The notes under the pieces were generated by a model. The model was not told where the DNA came from, did not search any database, and worked only from the letters and a program-made list of their open reading frames with translations. A stretch of DNA of 61,523 nucleotides from Stylophora pistillata. Lineage: Eukaryota. The stretch covers positions 184,257-245,779 of the forward strand of contig NW_019218229.1 in the NCBI RefSeq assembly GCF_002571385.2, in the 5' to 3' direction. Shown piece after piece: positions 48,746-60,974 of this stretch; within the stretch, counting starts at the first letter, position 1, and each line of letters starts with the position of its first letter. Both the position numbers and the translations under genes were made by a program.

Positions 48746-49251
48746 TTAATAAAACAATGATTCCACTCTCGCTTGTTGGATATGAGATGATTATAGCCAA
48801 CNGGATTGGGGAGGGGAGGGGGGCAGTGAACCATTGATGACCAATTACATGTTTTAAATGATTCGTTTCTTGCAAAACGAACCAAAAACATGCTCCACTG
48901 ATTCAAGTCTAGGAAAACTTTGCAACACTTTAGATGCAGGAGCATATGCCTCTGTTGTCAAAAAGCCTGTGGATTGCTTGCACGCGCTGGAATCAACAAT
49001 ACCTTGTCACTTGGGACAATCTCATGTTCATGTTTCTGAACACGGCCTGGAACTACCTCATTTCTACAAAAGCCGACCGTTGAAACAGCCGCACGCGATT
49101 ATGCGCGCTCACCTCGAAAAGAAGACAAGTTTCTTTTGACTGTTCTTGCGAGTATCGTCGAATTGCATCGTTGGGATGTAGAAATCTGACTATCGAGCAA
49201 TAAAATTTGTTTTATAATAGGAGAGACTCCGAATCTGAAAATCCTAGGCAT
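45058..49251 (-). CDS. ATPAF2: ATP synthase mitochondrial F1 complex assembly factor 2 (ATP12). Exons: 49251-49113, [expected short exon not found], 48183-48038, 47836-47739, 47339-47259, 46813-46701, 46311-46196, 45186-45058
   Basis: Transit-peptide-like N-terminus, then YQITVDNKKVKTPAG..AVSVEWNSQ..MHLTSLSNTVIDNP, EPEELVDLQKKEWIPIMEW, LKSFILTMAL..AVNLSRLELEFQISRWGSVEWAHD. Confidence 0.93.
45255..45609. mobile_element. MITE in the last ATPAF2 intron
   Basis: Terminal inverted repeat AATAGGGACCTTAAGCA / TGCTTAAGATCCCTATT. Confidence 0.75.
47367..47570. mobile_element. TTAACCC-terminated (piggyBac-like) MITE; related copies at ~13643-13850, 16517-16660, 59256-59462 and 61087-61297
   Basis: Shared TTAACCCTTT..CCC..ATTCTCC type termini; 61245-61297 is the reverse complement of 47367-47420. 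Confidence 0.6.
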
Positions 49252-50364
49252 AATTATAGTAACTGGATCCACAAAAATCAGACATTAGATATTCCGAGAT
49301 GTTCGTCCGCCATCTTGTTCTGGCTAAGAAGCCAAGCCTCAAATTTGCCCAGACCTCTTAAATAAACTCGCGGGAAACTTGCGCGAAGAATGCATGTAGG
49401 GTTGCAAATAGTGCACACGGTACGACTGATCAATATGGCATAAGATCTGTAGGTTGACGATAATAGAGACAGCAGATAGGTTGTAAAATCTTTTAAACGA
49501 AGCTGAACGCAGAGCCTTTCTTGACGAAAACTCCTTTAGGAACAGATGTTTTTCTTAGCTTGTGTAATGATCACATTCCATTATGTATAATCGTTCCTTC
49601 TCATTTTAATAAATAGTGATAAAAAAGGAGGTAAAGCATGAAAATGTGAGAATTAAAAGGACAGTTTTAGATAACATGTTTTGCTAGAAACTTCCCTCTC
49701 ATTTCCTTTGAAATCTTGTCGTAAATCTTATGATTTTATCCTTTACCTGTGATTTCGCCTGTTAGGCTCGCGTCTGTTGAGTCCTATTTTTTCTGTTTTT
49801 AATTACGAATTCATCACCAAAATGAGTCTTATTTGCGCGATGGTAAAAACCCCTTTTTAACATCAAAGATTCAGACTCATCGTTTAAGGCAGAGGCGCTC
49901 GGTATCTCCAACATATCATACTCTTCTCGAAACGACGGAGAGTATTACAGTTATAGTATCATAGTTAGTGAAAATTCTCGCATTCTTAATGCAGTTACTG
50001 ACAGCAATAAATATATGAAACACACCATTTAATTGTGAGAGGTCTTCATTTAATTTCAAAAATAATTTTGAAGTGATGGACATCATATACATGCAACACA
50101 GAACAATTGTACATAAAAATCGTAAATGAAATTCTTTCCCAAGTTTTGATGGTTACACCGTAACCTTTATTTGCGTCAAAATATACAAATAGTTTTATTT
50201 TGAACTATTTTATACAACTAATGTGAACGCACGTAAAAACGCGTAGTGTAAGAATAATTTAAAAAAGAGAACGAATAGAAAATTTGAACAAAATATTGCT
50301 ATTTGATACAACATCATAATAAACTAAAACGAATTTAAAATCTCTTCTAGGGAGGTAGCTTTTG

Positions 50365-53209
50365 TTATCTCTTCGACTGCAACGAATGATTCTTTTTATC
50401 ATTAACGTCTCCTGACTTCGGACACCAGCCTGTCTCAGGATAAAGTAGGCAATGGATTGATTTAAACCTGAAAGGAAACAAGGAAGAAGTAAGAAAAGTT
50501 ACAGACAGCACATACGTTATAAAAATGTTAACCTGTGGATAATAACAGAAACAACATGATCCTTTATTTTGCTCTGTGTTTGGTCAAGAAAACTCGCGCC
50601 ATTCTCTCGACCAATCAAATGCAAAAGCACACGATTTGGTCACCAGCGTTTTCCCGCGCTTTGGGGGTTTTGTCTTTGCGTTCTTATTGGCTCTTTGGGG
50701 AATATTCCTGTCTTCTGATTGGCCGTTTTGATACTTTTGGTTTTGGTTTTTCAGTCCAAAAGCGCTCTTATAATTATCAAAGTAGCAGCAAATCGTACCG
50801 CGTTGGGTCCTGTTCCTGGTCAAAAGGTCCAGCTATATTGACTCGATTGTATCTGCCACCGATATAACCATGACTAAAACTAATCTGAAAAGACAAATAA
50901 AGAAAATTAAACTAAAAAAAACAACATTGAAAAAAAAAAAGCTGATTTTAGCTCAATAACTGAAAATCATGTTAACGGTTCTTGATTTTGCTCAACCAAG
51001 AAACTCTTTTCTTGATAATTACAAATACTTTACCTGTTCCTTAATTTCGCTTTGTTGTATGCTTGGAAGATTTTCAAGGTGAGAATGAAAAAGATCCAGT
51101 CTTGTCAAACTCACGTTAAGAAGAGATTCTGCAAGAGAGAAAGACATCGATACTTCATTAGTGACTGCTCCGAAGCAGTTGTGAAAAAGAAATATTGATC
51201 ACGAAAGGAAAAATAAGTTATTGTTACTGTAAGTGTTGCATGATGATGATGATGATGAAAATATTTTCCTTGCAGTAGCTTACAAATTTAACCCGTTTTG
51301 TTTGGGTCATGCACAGCCTGTCTGACAATTTTTCCCTGGCTACAAATATGTTCCAGAACCCTGGAAACCACGTCTTAGAGAGACCATGCCCCGGACCCCC
51401 TTGGAAGGGCCTATTACTTTGTAACAACATGCTTGCCACGTTGGTATAATTCAATTTTGTTGCCTACTCAGTTGACGCCATACAGCTATTAAATTTTCTA
51501 ATGACTACCCTAATTGTACCAACCTGCAACTAACAAAACCTAGAATTCTTTTCTCTCACTCACCACTAATAAATCCAATGGTGCAGTCATCTGGAACTTT
51601 AATCCGCTCACAGCTCTCTGCAAACTTGCCATCACTAGACAGACACAAACTCAGAGTCAAGACGGTATGAAAGGTGACAGTAACGATGACATAAACCTAA
51701 CAACAACTTTCACAGACGGTTGAATCGTTGCACTGCGTTGATAGGCAATACCTCAGGCCTTTTTTTTCTCACAGTACCTATCTCCACCCCTACTAACAGT
51801 TTTAAAAGCCCCCCCCCCTGAACCGTTAGAGAGCACGACAAAATGCAGGGGGATGAACTAGGATGGATTAGCATACCTGATATGAGGGCTCATTCTCGCC
51901 ACTAAGGCATGGCTCAAACAAAACCCTGCCCCACCAGTTGCAAACCAAAATTTCTTTCTCTGCAAATTAAAAGAAGAGCAAAAAGTTGATAAAAGAATAC
52001 CGCGAAGACTCTATTGGCCGTGTATACAATACATCATGACTTTATTAGTAGAATTCATTTTTTTAGCATTATTTATACTTACGTTATATCCATCTAATCT
52101 ATCCCAGGCCTGAAATAAAAGAAAAAACAGGCGTTGTATATCACGTTCTATCATGAAGAACAAAGAACGCTGAGGACGATTCAAATTCACGAAACGAAGG
52201 GTACACAAGTCTGCAAGACAATATGGACTGGGATCCATATTCGAAAGCCACAGTGATTATATACTAAACATGCAACAGCAGCATTATCTCATCATCGCCA
52301 TCAATACCTCCATCGCTTTCGTCAGACTTGGTCTCCCAAGGTACACATCCTCGAGCGGGTTGAAATTTTTTAGTGTTTTCACCAGTGTATGGACATTGAC
52401 GTAGTTATCGTCGTCAAAATGGCAGAACCACCTTTCGAAAAAAAAAAAGAAACAGTTAACAGTACGTCTAGAGATGATACAGTGACAAACGCTTACAAAA
52501 AAATCTTCATGTCTTCCCTGACGCGAGCTTACAAATTTTAAAACGTCTGCACGTGTCGGTCAGTTCGGTTTTCTTCTTGTAAAAAAAAACCCTCAATGAA
52601 GCGAAGATGATCGATTTGAAGACAAAAGGAGATAGTCAAAGAATCTGATTGTGGGGGGTCAAGGGTAACAGCTGCGGGTCGTGGTTCATTTGACACAACT
52701 TATGGTTAAAAGTTCAAGCTGGTTTCATCTCTTTAATCAACACCGGTGACCTAAGCTGGCACACTGGGCCTCCGTAGGAATGTTACTATCCGGCCCAATG
52801 TCGCGCGGTCAGCGAAATACGAGGATTAGTTTATTTAGGATTGAATGGCCACTATGAATGAACATCTAGAAGTTCTTTTTTTGGGGGGGGGAGGGGGAAG
52901 AAGGGGTGTGTGGAAGGGGGGAAAAATTCAGAGAATCGGGAAAATCCTCGCTAGTGGTTTCGGTGCAAATATGATTCTTACTTTGTGTTGAAGTTCTTAA
53001 CAAAGAAATCGAGCTCGGCCTGCATCTTGCAACAAAGTTTTGCCCTAGGCAAGAGACAAAACAATAGTTTAAGATGTAACTGAGACTACAGTAAATCACT
53101 GAAACACACAAAAATAGAAGAACATCAAAAAATATTATTTGGTTCGCCATGACTATGGGAACATCACGTTGCCTCTTTTCAAATTACAGCTTAGAAGACG
53201 TCCTTGATA

Positions 53210-53259
<50 letters not shown>

Positions 53260-56200
53260 AAAACAAAAACAAACAAACAGTTTCTGATATCTCATAAAAG
53301 CAAGTTAGAACATCAAACTTGAGGATGATGTTGAGCAACTATGGAAAGTGGCATAGGATGATGTTGAGCAACTATGGAAAGTGGCATAGGTCTGCAATGT
53401 GTGCGAACTGTTGGAACAATGATGATGGCAAATGCTCAAGCTAATTGAGAGTACCTTTGGTGCCCTGTTTCACATGCAGTCTTGATAAGGTGGCCTCCTG
53501 TAGTGATCCAAAACGTGAATATTTACTAACTGACAAAAAACTTTGCAACAAACAACATCACATCACATTGTAACATTAGGAATAACAGTGTTAGCAATAA
53601 AAGTTAGCAACAATTTATATTTTTCTCTGCATAATTTCATAAAACTACTCCATAACTGAAATTGAACAAAAAATCCTTCATTCTGTAATTCTTCCCCTTT
53701 TTTTTTCAAGGCCAGAGTGCCCTGCTACTGTCAAAAGTCTTCTCCAAAAAGATCTATTTGTTGATACAGTTTACAACCATTAACACGAAAGCATTTCTGT
53801 TACTTTGAGTTCATCCACCCTTCTTACCTAAACTTTCATTTAATTTGCTGTCTTCACGATCTGTGAAAAAATGAACCTGTAAAATAACAAAAGAAACAAA
53901 GTTAAAAAAAAACTATTTAAACAATGTATGATGAAAATCTTATGCTCAACTTGAAAAATCAAGATCAGCAATGGTGGTTTGTACACCTTTGACAAGTTAA
54001 AGTGAAAACTCATTGATTGTTCTACAAAACCTTACAGAGTTTCACAACCTAAAAATTAAAATCCATACCCGGCAACCTCAAGACTAAAGAGCAATTTAAT
54101 TTTTCAGGGCTCAACACTAACCATAGACAACTAGCCGCAGACTGGTAGAAATTCAGTTTTAGATAGTGGTTTTCCATTTCCAGCAGCCAGTTTGGTCAGT
54201 AAACAAACTGAAATTGTTGTGACATCTAAGTTGTCACTAGCCACTTAGCTAGTAGGTTGAAAAGTTAGTGTCAAGCCCTGTTAAAAGAATATACCCTTTC
54301 ACACTACTATGAATAAATCATTGAGCAGAAGCCCTATAGAAGGACAAATTCCCCTGAGACCTTCACCCACCCTTATATTAGGTTCTCAAAACTTTGACTC
54401 ATTTGCAAACTGAAATACACAGTAACAGTCTGAACGGATGCAAAAGGAAAGAAAGCAAAAAAAAGCCATGCTTAAAATCTCCAAGAAATGGTCAGCGAGA
54501 ACTTCCAAAAATGTCAGTTACATTACAACTGTCTAACTCGTATACTCTATTCTTATCTCAATCTTAAAATTTTTATAAATACATAGAACTATTGGCAATT
54601 TTACAATAAAAAGCAGATTTAATCTTGATAATTTCAGTTAAATCAACAAGCCTTTAATATTTTAGTTACCCCTCTGTAACAGTTGTAAAAATCTGCATGT
54701 TAAGATTGTAGTTAAGACTGAACACTCTTGTTAAGTTGTTAATATTCTTCTGTAGAACCTGGATGCTCTTCTTGGTTGCTTTAATTTGATAAATTCTTGT
54801 TTAGCTTGTGCAGTTTCTAAGCAACCAAAACACTACCTATCAATTTTAACTTTTGGTGATTAAACCAGTTAAAGCAGGTTATGGCACTTACATATGTAAA
54901 GTTTGACTTATTAATCTATGAAGAAGATGGTGAATTATGTGTAAACTGCAAGAAAATTACTAAGGTCCCACAAATTTTCAGTAAATCATAGTTTCAATCC
55001 TAATTAGAAGAAAACTATTCTTACTTGGCATTATTCCATTCAGTTTAGATTCCGCAGTATAAAAATTAACCAGCAAAAAGATTTTGGTACATGCCAAACA
55101 TTTGTTGTAATTTGGGTAGGTCTTTAATCTATTCTTTTTAATAGATGCAGCATAAGAAAAAAACTGTATTTATATTGAAATTCCCCTCCCCATTTATTTG
55201 GCATGTTTAGTTTCAAGATTTTGCAAGAGCTATTTTAATTAAAAACATATACTCTTTCAAAACATTCTCATTTTACATTTATCTGATTGCAATGGAGGGT
55301 CTGTCTGATAGATCTTTATCAATAATTAAACAAACTTGTAATTAACACCCCAAATAAAATGCCATTCAAAACCACATAATGAGTTTGAGAAAGGGTGACA
55401 CCAAAGAAAATATTAATTAATTGACATCTATATGAAAAGCTTTTTTGCCCCTTATCTTCTACGAAATACTTTTAGCTTATAGGATTATTGGGACACCCTG
55501 TTTGAGAATGCAAGACATTATAAGCTGATATAGACAAGTTCCTTTAAAAACAAGGTTAAAAGCTTCATTTAGGAAATATAAAATAATTAATTCTAATGAA
55601 TGTTGAAAGCTGCTCAAAACTGTTTTTCCACTTATCATAGACGCGTGATTTATTAAAAAAAATTCAATTAATATCGGCATGGTGACCCTTATGTTTGCAA
55701 GATGACCTCAAGATTAAATCGGTTTGTAGTTACTAGAGATTGTATTTCGTGTGCTAAATAAAATAGATTTGTTTTTTAACTTTGAACAAGAAAAGGTTTT
55801 CTCCGGGGTCACATCTACAAAACAAAAACGTACCTCTTCAAATGATGGGTATTTAGATAAGAATGGCTACTAGATTTTGATTGTTCGAGCGTAGACAGTA
55901 TGTTCGACTAAGATAAGCTATTTTTTTTATCGTAGGTACCAATCAGGGCGGTTTAATAGATTTAGCAAATGAAATTAAATCGTAAATGGTAACATCAGTT
56001 GGCTTGCGAGGAAGGAAGAGTAATGTAATGCAGTTAGTACCCTCTTCCAATCTAATCTCACCTGTTTTTTAGCATTTTGAAACCATGTGTCAACCAAGAG
56101 TGTAACGCGCGCTTCGTGGTAATCACTTGTTGTCTTGATTGATATAAACACATCGTCTAGCTCTGTGAGGTTATGCGATTGTCTAAGATTTTCTGCTCTC

Positions 56201-56667
56201 AATTCGTGATCAAAAGTAGTCTTCTTTCTGACAGACTGATCAACAAATATTTCTTTTCCTTTGACTACTTGACGGCCGCTTATCGTTGTTGAAAGGTTAA
56301 TAGATTGATTTCGTTCGTTGACACGCAAAGGGTTGTAAAGATTCCTTCCAGACATTCGCGGAAAATCTGTTGATTTAATTTCCTTAATTAACAAAGTTTC
56401 GGCATAATCTGTACCCTCGTCCTTCCCATGAGCATGCTCTAGTTTTGAACGTGCGATAAACATATTAATTTCTTCCAACTGATGGCCACCTTGACTCTGA
56501 AGTCGCAGACGTGAACGTATCTTTGTGTTTCTCTTTCTAGTCCTCGTCTGCTCGATTGGCGCGAAATTAAACTCTCCATGCAGGAAAAAGGCGAGCATTA
56601 CTTGAGCAACGACAGCGAGAGCAACCCAGACAAGCAGTTTTCTGCATTTTCTTCGTGGAGGGAACAT
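50365..56667 (-). CDS. fng: Fringe-family beta-1,3-N-acetylglucosaminyltransferase (LFNG/RFNG/MFNG-like). Exons: 56667-56062, 53876-53828, 53497-53455, 53044-52982, 52431-52308, 52109-52083, 51959-51877, 51634-51564, 51128-51034, 50884-50799, 50467-50365
   Basis: Type II TM anchor; [18 protein letters not shown]; LCCKMQAE; [12 protein letters not shown] (DDD motif); [13 protein letters not shown]; PDDCTIGFI; LFHSHLENL; [20 protein letters not shown]. Confidence 0.95.
53212..53390. repeat. (CA)n microsatellite followed by a 33-bp tandem duplication
   Basis: (CA)~21 at 53212-53254; AGGATGATGTTGAGCAACTATGGAAAGTGGCAT twice at ~53322-53387. Confidence 0.9.
54105..54280. mobile_element. MITE, same family as 5268-5452
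   Basis: Terminal inverted repeat CAGGGCTCAACACTAAC / GTTAGTGTCAAGCCCTG. Confidence 0.75.
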
Positions 56668-57592
56668 TTTCTTTCAATTAAACTTCAAACTTGAGCCCAG
56701 CAAATCCATCGCAGTCGCTGGCTTCAATTAAGCTGAATTGATAAGAAACGGATTGAGGTCCGCCAAAACCATTACAGACCCCATTGCTATGCTGTAGGCG
56801 CTAATTCTTGTTAAAACAAGTCAATTAATATCATCAAAACTTTCCTGAAGTCAAAGATCAAGAAAAACACCAGATGGTGAGGTTGATAACTTCAACGCGT
56901 AACACACGAAAATCAACACAGACCTGATTTCCCTTCCAGCGACACAAAATGTCTTTCAGGTCGTTAATTAATACTCGATAGACAGATATTTGATCTTAAG
57001 CGTCTTATTTTTCGCCTTATATCACATCAATCCATAGCAGATGTTTGAATTCTTTCCACGCATCGAAAATTCTATAGTAACAGGAAATTCGAAACTCGAA
57101 TCACGCTCAGAAGTATTGTTCAACAAAGAACCGTCTTCTCAATGCAGATTTCTCTCTTTCGATGCAACTCCTTGCCCAGAGAGGTCGAAACGGTTTGAAA
57201 TTTTACCGCGCTTTCTTGTCAATGAAATACTGAGGTCCACCAAGAAATAACAGGTGGCATAATTCTCCCCTCAATCTGTCACGAATATTCTTTCTCCGCG
57301 ACAGCAATTTTCCACTAAGTAAAGGAGGGTAGGTCAGTTCAAAATTTTAACTCAAGACACGTATGATAAGAGAGTGAATGAACTAATTTCAAACCAAATT
57401 GAGGACAAAATATAGTTATGACCGTGATTCGAAATCACTTATTTTTCCAAAGCTAATTAAAAAAATGATTTTATATCTTGTGCTTGTGCTACCGTCCTCC
57501 CCTCCCCAATGTATGATTATTCGCCAGCGGTTCAAATTTCTCACACACGCGCCACATTACGATACACACGTGCCATTTTGTTCCTATCAAAG

Positions 57593-60500
57593 ATGGAGAA
57601 AACCGAAGGTTTGAAGCGCGAGAATCGAAAAGAAAAGAAACAAAAAAAGAGGAAACAGGAAGACGTGGACTCCAATCAGGAGGAAGAAGACTTGCTCGGT
57701 ATGATTGCACAAAATTTCCTACAAGATTTTCCACTATAGTACATTCACAATATAGCAAGTTTCATTTCTTTCTTTTTTTCACGTCTCGTCACATTTTATC
57801 AAAATTATACTTAAGTATAAGATTGTTTTACTATGTTCTTTTGGTACAATTTTTTTCAACTAGGTGATTTTTGTAGTGATGTTTCACCGGATATTTTATC
57901 GGCCATTCAAAGCATTTGCACTTGCCTCGGGATCGGTGGTCTCTATAACGCAAAGAAAAGGTAAATACCTACGACACTTCATCTAGACGATAAATGACAG
58001 AACTAACCTAGGAAGTGCATTACGAGGCACTTACGAAAGCTGTGTGGACGAGGGGCTGCCCCTGCCCTCCCGCGCTAAGCAGAAAATAATCCTTGGCTTA
58101 AATAGGTAACTTTATCAGTCTTGTCACACAACCTGTTCATGTTATGTCACGGTACAGGACAAGATCAGAACGAAGAATAAAAGCATGATGGTCTATTTAA
58201 TCAGCAGCTCTGTAAATATTGACTCAAGTATAATGCATGGTGCATCTACAAATATTTGGCATGCATAAGATAATTGAACTTGTGAAGGATTAAACTGAAA
58301 CAAAATGCCCCACTACTACTGGCTTCCTTAAACCAACAACTAACTAACAACATGGTACAATTTGCATTTCTGTGTAATGTGCGGAAATGTCTAAAAATTA
58401 AATATGCATTAGACAATTCTAAGGATCAAAGTTCTAGTCTAGCAGGGAATTTAAACCATTCTAATTATGTATTTAATCATCACATTCAGTTGGCAGTTTG
58501 GGCTGAGTACAACATTTAATACTGTGTTTTTGATTTCTCTTATTTTTAACAGAAAAGTAGAATCAAAAGGTGGTGTATTGGAAACACTTAAGGAAGGTAT
58601 ATCAAGTGCCACATCCCTGCTCAATGTATTCAAAAAAGACACAACGAATATATGAAATTCATATATCTGAACTGCAGTTATAGAAACGTATTTTTGCACG
58701 ATCCTTGCAGTAAAGAGCACTATTTAAGCAATAGGGAAAATCAGACCTGAAAAAATTCAGGCCTGTACAGGATTTGAACCACTCACCTCTGCGATACTAG
58801 TGCAGCGCTCTACCAATTGAGCTAACAAGCCAACTGGGAGCAGGTCATCAAATTAGTCCAACATAAACCCATAAGATGATAAATCAAACACAGTGAAAGA
58901 GCCACCCACCCAGTGGAATGTCCATTGCTAAATTATTTATCTGTTTTTTTTTATTTATTTTATTTATATCTGAACTGCAGTTATAGAAATGTATTTGTGC
59001 ACAATCCTTGCAGTAAAGAGCACTATTTAAGCAATAGGGAAAATCAGACATGAAAAAATTCAGGCCTGTACGGGATTCAAACCAGAGGTCAGTGGTTTGA
59101 ATCCTGTACAGGCCTGAATTTTTTCAGGTCTGATTTTCGCTATTGCTTAAATGGTGCTCTTTACTGCAAGGATCGTGCACAAATACGTATTTAAAAGATA
59201 AAAAAAATCAAGCGGATAGGAGACTGTTTGGTGAAAGGGGAATCTCATGGTGCCTTTAACTTTTAACTCCCAAGATCTGATTGTTAATTCTCCCTCTACC
59301 TGCTTCACATTTCCTTGTAAAGTAGTTATGGGAATTTGATGTTTGATCAAGATAATAAATTTACCTGATGAGTCTGAGTATTCTCACTACCTGTTTACTA
59401 AATAATGTGTGGATATCATAGGGAGAAGTTACATGTTTATCACTTTTGGGAATAAAAGGCTTCAGAAATTTTTGTTGTCATAAAATTTAGGTCTGTTCTT
59501 GAAAACTCACCAAGCTCTGAAACGAGTGTCATTTATAGTGCATTTTGCATTAGTATGCCAGAAAGTTTGGTATTTGGTGCAATAGCCAAGGGTTTTAAGT
59601 GAAAATGTAGCAAGAGTCATAGCTTGGTGCCATCACTCTGATCACTACTGTATGAAATGTTTTTATCTGTAAAAGCTGTTGTATTGCAGCAACTCTAACA
59701 CAACATTTCCTGATATAATGTTATGTTTAGTCCAGCCTTGAAATGTAAAGCAGAGTTTTTTGACATCTTACAAGTCCAAGATTTTTCCATTTATTACCCC
59801 AAGAAAACAAACCTTGGACTATGAGATGCAACCGGTTTTAGATATTCATAATAAGTAAATATTATATTTTATTTTTATCATTTGCAGAATGGAACCCCTC
59901 AGATGAAATCAAGGCACTGCCCTTCGAAATGAAACAGAGGTATACTTTGGGTATTTTCTCAATACCTTGCTCATTTGCAGGGGTTTCATTAAGAGCCGGG
60001 CACTAGGCAAATTGACCACTGGACAAATTGACCAAATTGTACGGTGGCCAATTTACCATCTCAACTTTGTTGATATATCCAAATTATCTAGTTGTAAGGA
60101 CAATTTTGCCCACCTGGTTTGATGTATTTTTTTCCCACCTGTGAAAACCAGTTACCCTCCTGCTCAAGACATTAATAGAACCCCTGCATTTGCTCACTGC
60201 TAAATGATAAATTTTGGTTCACTCAGTCAATACTCAGATCTTTTACGTAAAATGACAATTAGAGAGTTATATTATTATTTAGGGGAAAATGTGTCTAAGT
60301 TTAATCTACAAACAGTGTGTTAAAAATGTGTAATCTTGTTTTTAATAACTTGTAACTTTTATTCTTTTCCTGTTTCTTTTTTGTCAACAGATATGCGAAT
60401 AAAATATCAGAGGAATCCTTCAAACTCTTAGCATTGATAAAAAAAATTTCATTTTTATTCAAAAATCTTCATGAAGGTACTTTGCTTAATATACACATAA

Positions 60501-60974
60501 CCCAACAGTAACTTCATGTATTCATAACTAATAATGGTGAATTAGACAGCTAGATCATGAGAGTAATCTCTGTGTTCAACTGTACTGCGACTTAGTTGAA
60601 ATTTGCTGCTGCAAGGATAGAAATGATTGGTTAAATAACTTTGATTCAAGACAACAAGTAATAAGTTTTATTTGCCCTTATTGCTGGTTGATTTTGAAAA
60701 ACATGTACCACAACTTTGTACTGTGATTTCTCTCTCTTAATCTGAGTTGAAAAACTAGATAAATGGGCATGGTGCAAACTAAAAGCTTTTTTTAAGGGGA
60801 TCAACATATATTGTACCTACATGTACATGCAAGTCCAACTGTCATCTCTTGCTACATGTAGTAATGTGAAAACCAGTAGCCCTCCTGCTGAAAATGTTAA
60901 TGAAACCCCTGCATTCTGCATTACTTACAGGGAGAAGTTATATGAAGGATATTACGATGGATGTCTTCCTCAAG
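57593..60974 (+). CDS. Unrecognised multi-exon gene, divergent from fringe, continuing beyond the window. Exons: 57593-57698, 57864-57960, 58553-58596, 59888-59939, 60391-60476, 60931-60974
   Basis: Six GT-AG exons join with consistent phases into MEKTEGLKRENRKEKKQKKRKQEDVDSNQEEEDLLGDFCSDVSPDILSAIQSICTCLGIGGLYNAKKRKVESKGGVLETLKEEWNPSDEIKALPFEMKQRYANKISEESFKLLALIKKISFLFKNLHEGRSYMKDITMDVFLK. Confidence 0.75.
58645..59191 (-). mobile_element. tRNA-Thr-cored repeat element, copy 3 (tandem monomer plus inverted partial copy)
   Basis: Core at ~58758-58832 (minus); flanking segment repeated at ~58965-59080, then inverted at ~59084-59191. Confidence 0.8.
59978..60186. mobile_element. MITE with CAGGGG...CCCCTG termini and a 6-bp target-site duplication
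   Basis: Terminal inverted repeat CAGGGGTTTCATTAA / TTAATAGAACCCCTG; CATTTG at 59972-59977 and 60187-60192; a solo right end at ~60866-60911. Confidence 0.8.

Noticed and set aside
50560-50760. Repeated CCAAT/ATTGG boxes as a promoter (also ~2020-2270 and ~24520-24700)
   Set aside because: They appear to belong to a dispersed repeat family found in introns and intergenic DNA rather than to a gene-specific promoter.
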